NCBI GenBank assembly: GCA_036172245.1
Contig: JAYWIR010000036.1
Location: 248,001 to 312,000 of the forward strand
From: Raillietiella orientalis
Lineage: Eukaryota
Length of the DNA: 64,000 bases
Reading direction: 5' to 3'
Shown: piece after piece, positions 60,451 through 64,000 of the stretch
Layout: each line of letters begins with the position of its first letter
Numbering within the stretch: position 1 is the first letter of the stretch
Translations under genes and position numbers: made by a program
Notes under the pieces: generated by a model
Databases searched by the model: none
The model's input: the letters and a program-made list of their open reading frames with translations, nothing else
What the model was told of the DNA's origin: nothing

Positions 60451-61859
60451 AATTTCCCACGGAGGTGTTCATCCTACTGGACGACACCCTGGGGGTTGCT
60501 CCTCGTTGCCCTTCCTCCCTCCCTTCTCTCCTTTCCCCCACGTCTTCGGTAGCGCGAAGAGCGAACCGCTACTGACTACCGCTCGCGGGTGGTCAGTCGG
60601 CGCGGCGTGACCTCGGGAGGACGCCAAGCAGCGGCAGAGGGGAAAGAATCACTCGATGAACCTTTTCGTCGCCTCCTCCTCTTTCTGGACGATCCCCCGT
60701 CCCTCCCTCTCTTGTGGCGGAGGGAGGGAAGAGGAGGAGGAAGAGGGATCCGGGGCGGATGCCGATGGCTCGCACCTTTCGCTGTTCGTGATGGATGGTT
60801 CAGGGATCGAGTCCGGCTGGGTTCGACGAACGACTCATCGTGGGCGCCTGCGTGAAAAGGCCCCCTATCCATTACCCGCTCCATCTTCCTCCCCGCTCAT
60901 CCCCGCTGCCGTGGCGCGCGCAACCCTCACTCTCTGCTGCTTCTCCACCCACACCGGTGCCGCAGGCGAAGAGAGGGCTGAGGACAGCAGCAGAAAGGGG
61001 TCGTCGAGGAGACCGCCTCCGTCCCTTTAGGGCATCCCGAGGGGGTTGCGGTTCCAGCGACAGGAAGGTTGTCTTCCCTGCGGCTGCCCGGAGGCGCCGC
61101 TGCTGTTCCCCCCTACTCTCCCTCATCCCTTCCTCCACTTCCTGCACCTACCTGCAGCAGGCGTCTTTTCGAGAGACGTCCGTCGCCGGCGACCTCCTCG
61201 GCGTCCTCGCCCCGGCATGTTGGCGGCGCTGGGAAGCTGCGCGCGCGCTCCCCTCCCTCTCGTCCGAGGGAGAGGGGCGAGGCGAACTCCGACGCGCGAG
61301 CACGCGGTCTCGACGTCCTCCTTCCCACCTCCCCCGCCCCTGCCCGCGAGTCCGCCGGGCGCCGCCTCCCGCTGTCACGAAGGCGGCCGGATCGATCGAT
61401 CGAAGGGGGGAAAAAAGGGGAGGGAAAGCCGGACGCGCGGGAAGTCGAAGGGGGAGGGGAAATAGGGAGGGGGGAGGATCACGTTTCCCGGACCTCCCGC
61501 GCGCGCCCTCCGGGGGTCGCACGGTCGAGCGAGCGGGCGCCGGACCGTGGAGCGAGCGAGCGCGCCGCGTGCACGCGCTCCTTCCGCCCGTCCAAGGTCG
61601 TGCGCGTGCCCCGCGGGGGCCTCCGGTTCGCCGCCGCTACCCCGGCCCGGCCGCCGCCCACGCAGTCGCAGCGGCTCGTTCGACCTGGCTACGCCGCTGG
61701 GCGCTCCGGGAGACCCACGAAGAGGACCCACGGCGCGCGGCCCCTTGCCGTGCTGCTGCTGCGAACAGTAAGAGAGAGGTCGGTCCATCCGGCAGCGGAT
61801 GGGGCCAGTGGGGAGGAACGGGGAGGGAGAAGCAGGCCGGGTGGTGGTGGTGGTGGTGG

Positions 61860-62700
61860 TGGTCAGTCGACTGTTCCGGGGCGACGGTCCGGTCGGTTCC
61901 TCCTTGCTGGGTCCGTTCGGGTGCCGCTGCCCGAAGGGGTGAAGGGTGTTCGCCGGGGAAGGAAGGGGGCTGACCCGGGTGTCCACGCCTTTGCCCTAGG
62001 GTTGTCATCCGGGCGCCGCCGCCGCCTCGTCCATCCCTGTCCAAAGCCCGCGGTTCCGCAGAGGTCGAAGATCAGTTCGCGGCCATGGAGCGCAGGAGAT
62101 CGGGGGAGCGACCGAAAGGCGGGGGCGCTCCCCTCAAGGACAGGGTCGCGGCGGCAGAGGGCACGAAGGGTCGAGGCGACCTCGAAGCGTCCCGCCGCCT
62201 CTTTCCTGCCTGGCGGACGATTCCCGGGGCTGAGCGCACCTTTTCGCCCCCTTCCAGCGCTGGAGAGAAGGCGGACGACCCTGCGTGCTCCCCCGTGCTC
62301 CGGTCTCCCCCTCTTGCGAGGGGGCGCGCGCGCTCTGAGGATGAAAGGTGCGTCCATCCCCGTAACCGTGGTTATGTTCCCTGGCCTCCGGTTCCTTCCG
62401 GGAACGCTCCTTGAAACCTGGACTGGTTCTGCTGGACGTCCGATGTGGGAGGAGTGCCCTTGGCGACCCTTGGCGAGCTGCTCTCGTCTGGGCGGACGCG
62501 GCGGAGGATCTCTCGGGGACGCTTCCCCCGGGAGAACTTCCTCGCGGCCTTGTGGTGCTCTGCACGAGATGGCGCTGCAACCCTTCGTGCAGCGCCATCT
62601 CTTGCAGAGTACCCGAGCCTCGCGTCCTGTCTTTTTCCGGCGTCAGCTCCCTCAGAGCAAACTTTCAAGATTTCTATTTCGGTACCGTGCCATCCATCAG
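61860..62700 (+). mobile_element. Degenerate LINE RT fragment
   Basis: KGVRRGRKGADPGVHAFALGL (cf. RGVRQGDPLSPLLFxL), then WFCWTSDVGGVPLATL and a GG-rich segment (cf. FxW...V...L..P...GGLG). Confidence 0.4.
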
Positions 62701-64000
62701 TGACTACGGATAGCTGGTGCTTGCAAGGAGGCTGGCAGGGAGTATCCATTCTTTCGCATTCCACGAGGGACCGCGTTATCCACGGTGGAAGGGCACGAGT
62801 TCCGGCCGCTCCGTAAACCCTTCATTTCGGTTCCTCCCTTTTTCCGTTCTGCCGCGCTCTACCGGACAACGACCGGTCCTCCACGTGCGCGGGAGGGGGA
62901 AACGCGTCCAGGATGGAGGAGGGGGGGGGCGGCAGGTATGACGACGAACTGATGGCTTTCCGGGATGACGTTTCGCTGCCGAGGACCCAAGCACAGCACG
63001 CAGGCAGCCGCCGCTGCCTACTGCAAGCGCCGCCACGTCCATTATGACGTCACACGGAGTGCCTCGCTTCGATTGGACTCGACGCGGCCCCGCGCGCCGG
63101 ACGAGCGCCAGGCGACCGCCATCGTGCGCGTCTCGCGTTCCTCCTCCGTTCTTCCCGATAGGGGCGCTGCCCTACCGTGCGATCCACGGTTCCTGCGCCC
63201 GCCACTCGCTTCGGAGTCGGATCGATTTCCTCCCCCTCCCCTCCCCTTTCCTCCCCTTTCCTTTGCACTGACGAGTTTTACAACTGTAAGACGGTGGTTT
63301 CCGTGCGCGACGACGAATAGGTGTGCCATCCAGGGAATGGCAATCCACTTTCGTGCTGAACATCAGGGTCAGCCTGACCTTTCCCCGAACCAGGAGTTCC
63401 ACGTGTGTCTCGAGAGGAGGTTTCAAAAAAGTCATTCAGTTTGGCGCGCATGCATACATCAGATGACTTTTTCTTTTTTCTCTGCAAAGAGGAAAGGTCA
63501 CAGATGCGAGATACGGGTACTGCCTTCTTGTCATGACTGCTTGTGATGACTTCTTGTCCCTGCACAGTTCCAGGTTGCCACTCAGCGTCGCTCTCATGCT
63601 GACGTTTGCGTGACATTTGCTGATCCGGAGGCAGCCAGCGAACGTTGCCGGTCTGACCCCAGTGGGTGTTAATGACAGCGAGACTTACGTCTCCGGGTGG
63701 TGTTTCCTCTTTAACCGAACCTCGGATCACCCGGTTGAAAACGGACAGTTGATTTCAGCATCGGGGCCACGCTGCCTTTCTTCAAGCCTCTCCTTCGACG
63801 TCGAGGCGATGTTACCCTCGCGGACTGCTTGTTTCCACGGCCACTTCCCGTTTTCACCGTGGTGGTGCATGAAAGCTAGAAGCCGGATCTCAGGGAGAGA
63901 AAACGCTATCCTTGTTCCCTGGAGTCGGATTCTGGACTCGTGAAGGTGAAGCGTGGTTTCGTCCATGCAGTGTCTGCCCACTCGAAGCTTCTGCAGAAAG

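Noticed and set aside
60795..62703. 392-aa and 544-aa ORFs
   Set aside because: Arg/Pro/Gly/Ala-rich translations of very GC-rich DNA; only fragmentary RT-like motifs are present.
63280..64000. hAT-like transposase C-terminus on the minus strand
   Set aside because: Only a vague LEE...GP resemblance; insufficient to call.

Overview
This is GC-rich eukaryotic (animal, probably invertebrate) genomic DNA with many homopolymer runs and microsatellites. I found no intact host protein-coding gene; the dense ORF track is mostly a GC and low-complexity artefact. The one firmly identifiable gene is a minor-spliceosome U6atac snRNA (39984-40080, +) with a TATA box at -28 and an oligo-T Pol III terminator. 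Much of the rest is decayed transposons: many L1/Tx1-like LINE fragments, two tail-to-tail R1-like 3' ends, two putative KDZ/Zisupton-type transposase relics, a possible pogo relic, and a TA-flanked mariner foldback built from two inverted 3' halves. Young rearrangements overlie these: an apparently identical 1120-bp duplication, an 86-bp x4 tandem array, 260-bp and 55-bp inverted repeats, and perfect palindromes. The most interesting unexplained signal is a strand-biased, multi-stem RNA-like structure at 39131-39523, about 0.5 kb upstream of U6atac. It matches no family I recognise and contains a heptamer compatible with a TTAGG telomerase template, which is speculative. Transposon calls come from motif recognition by eye in degraded frames, and their boundaries are approximate.
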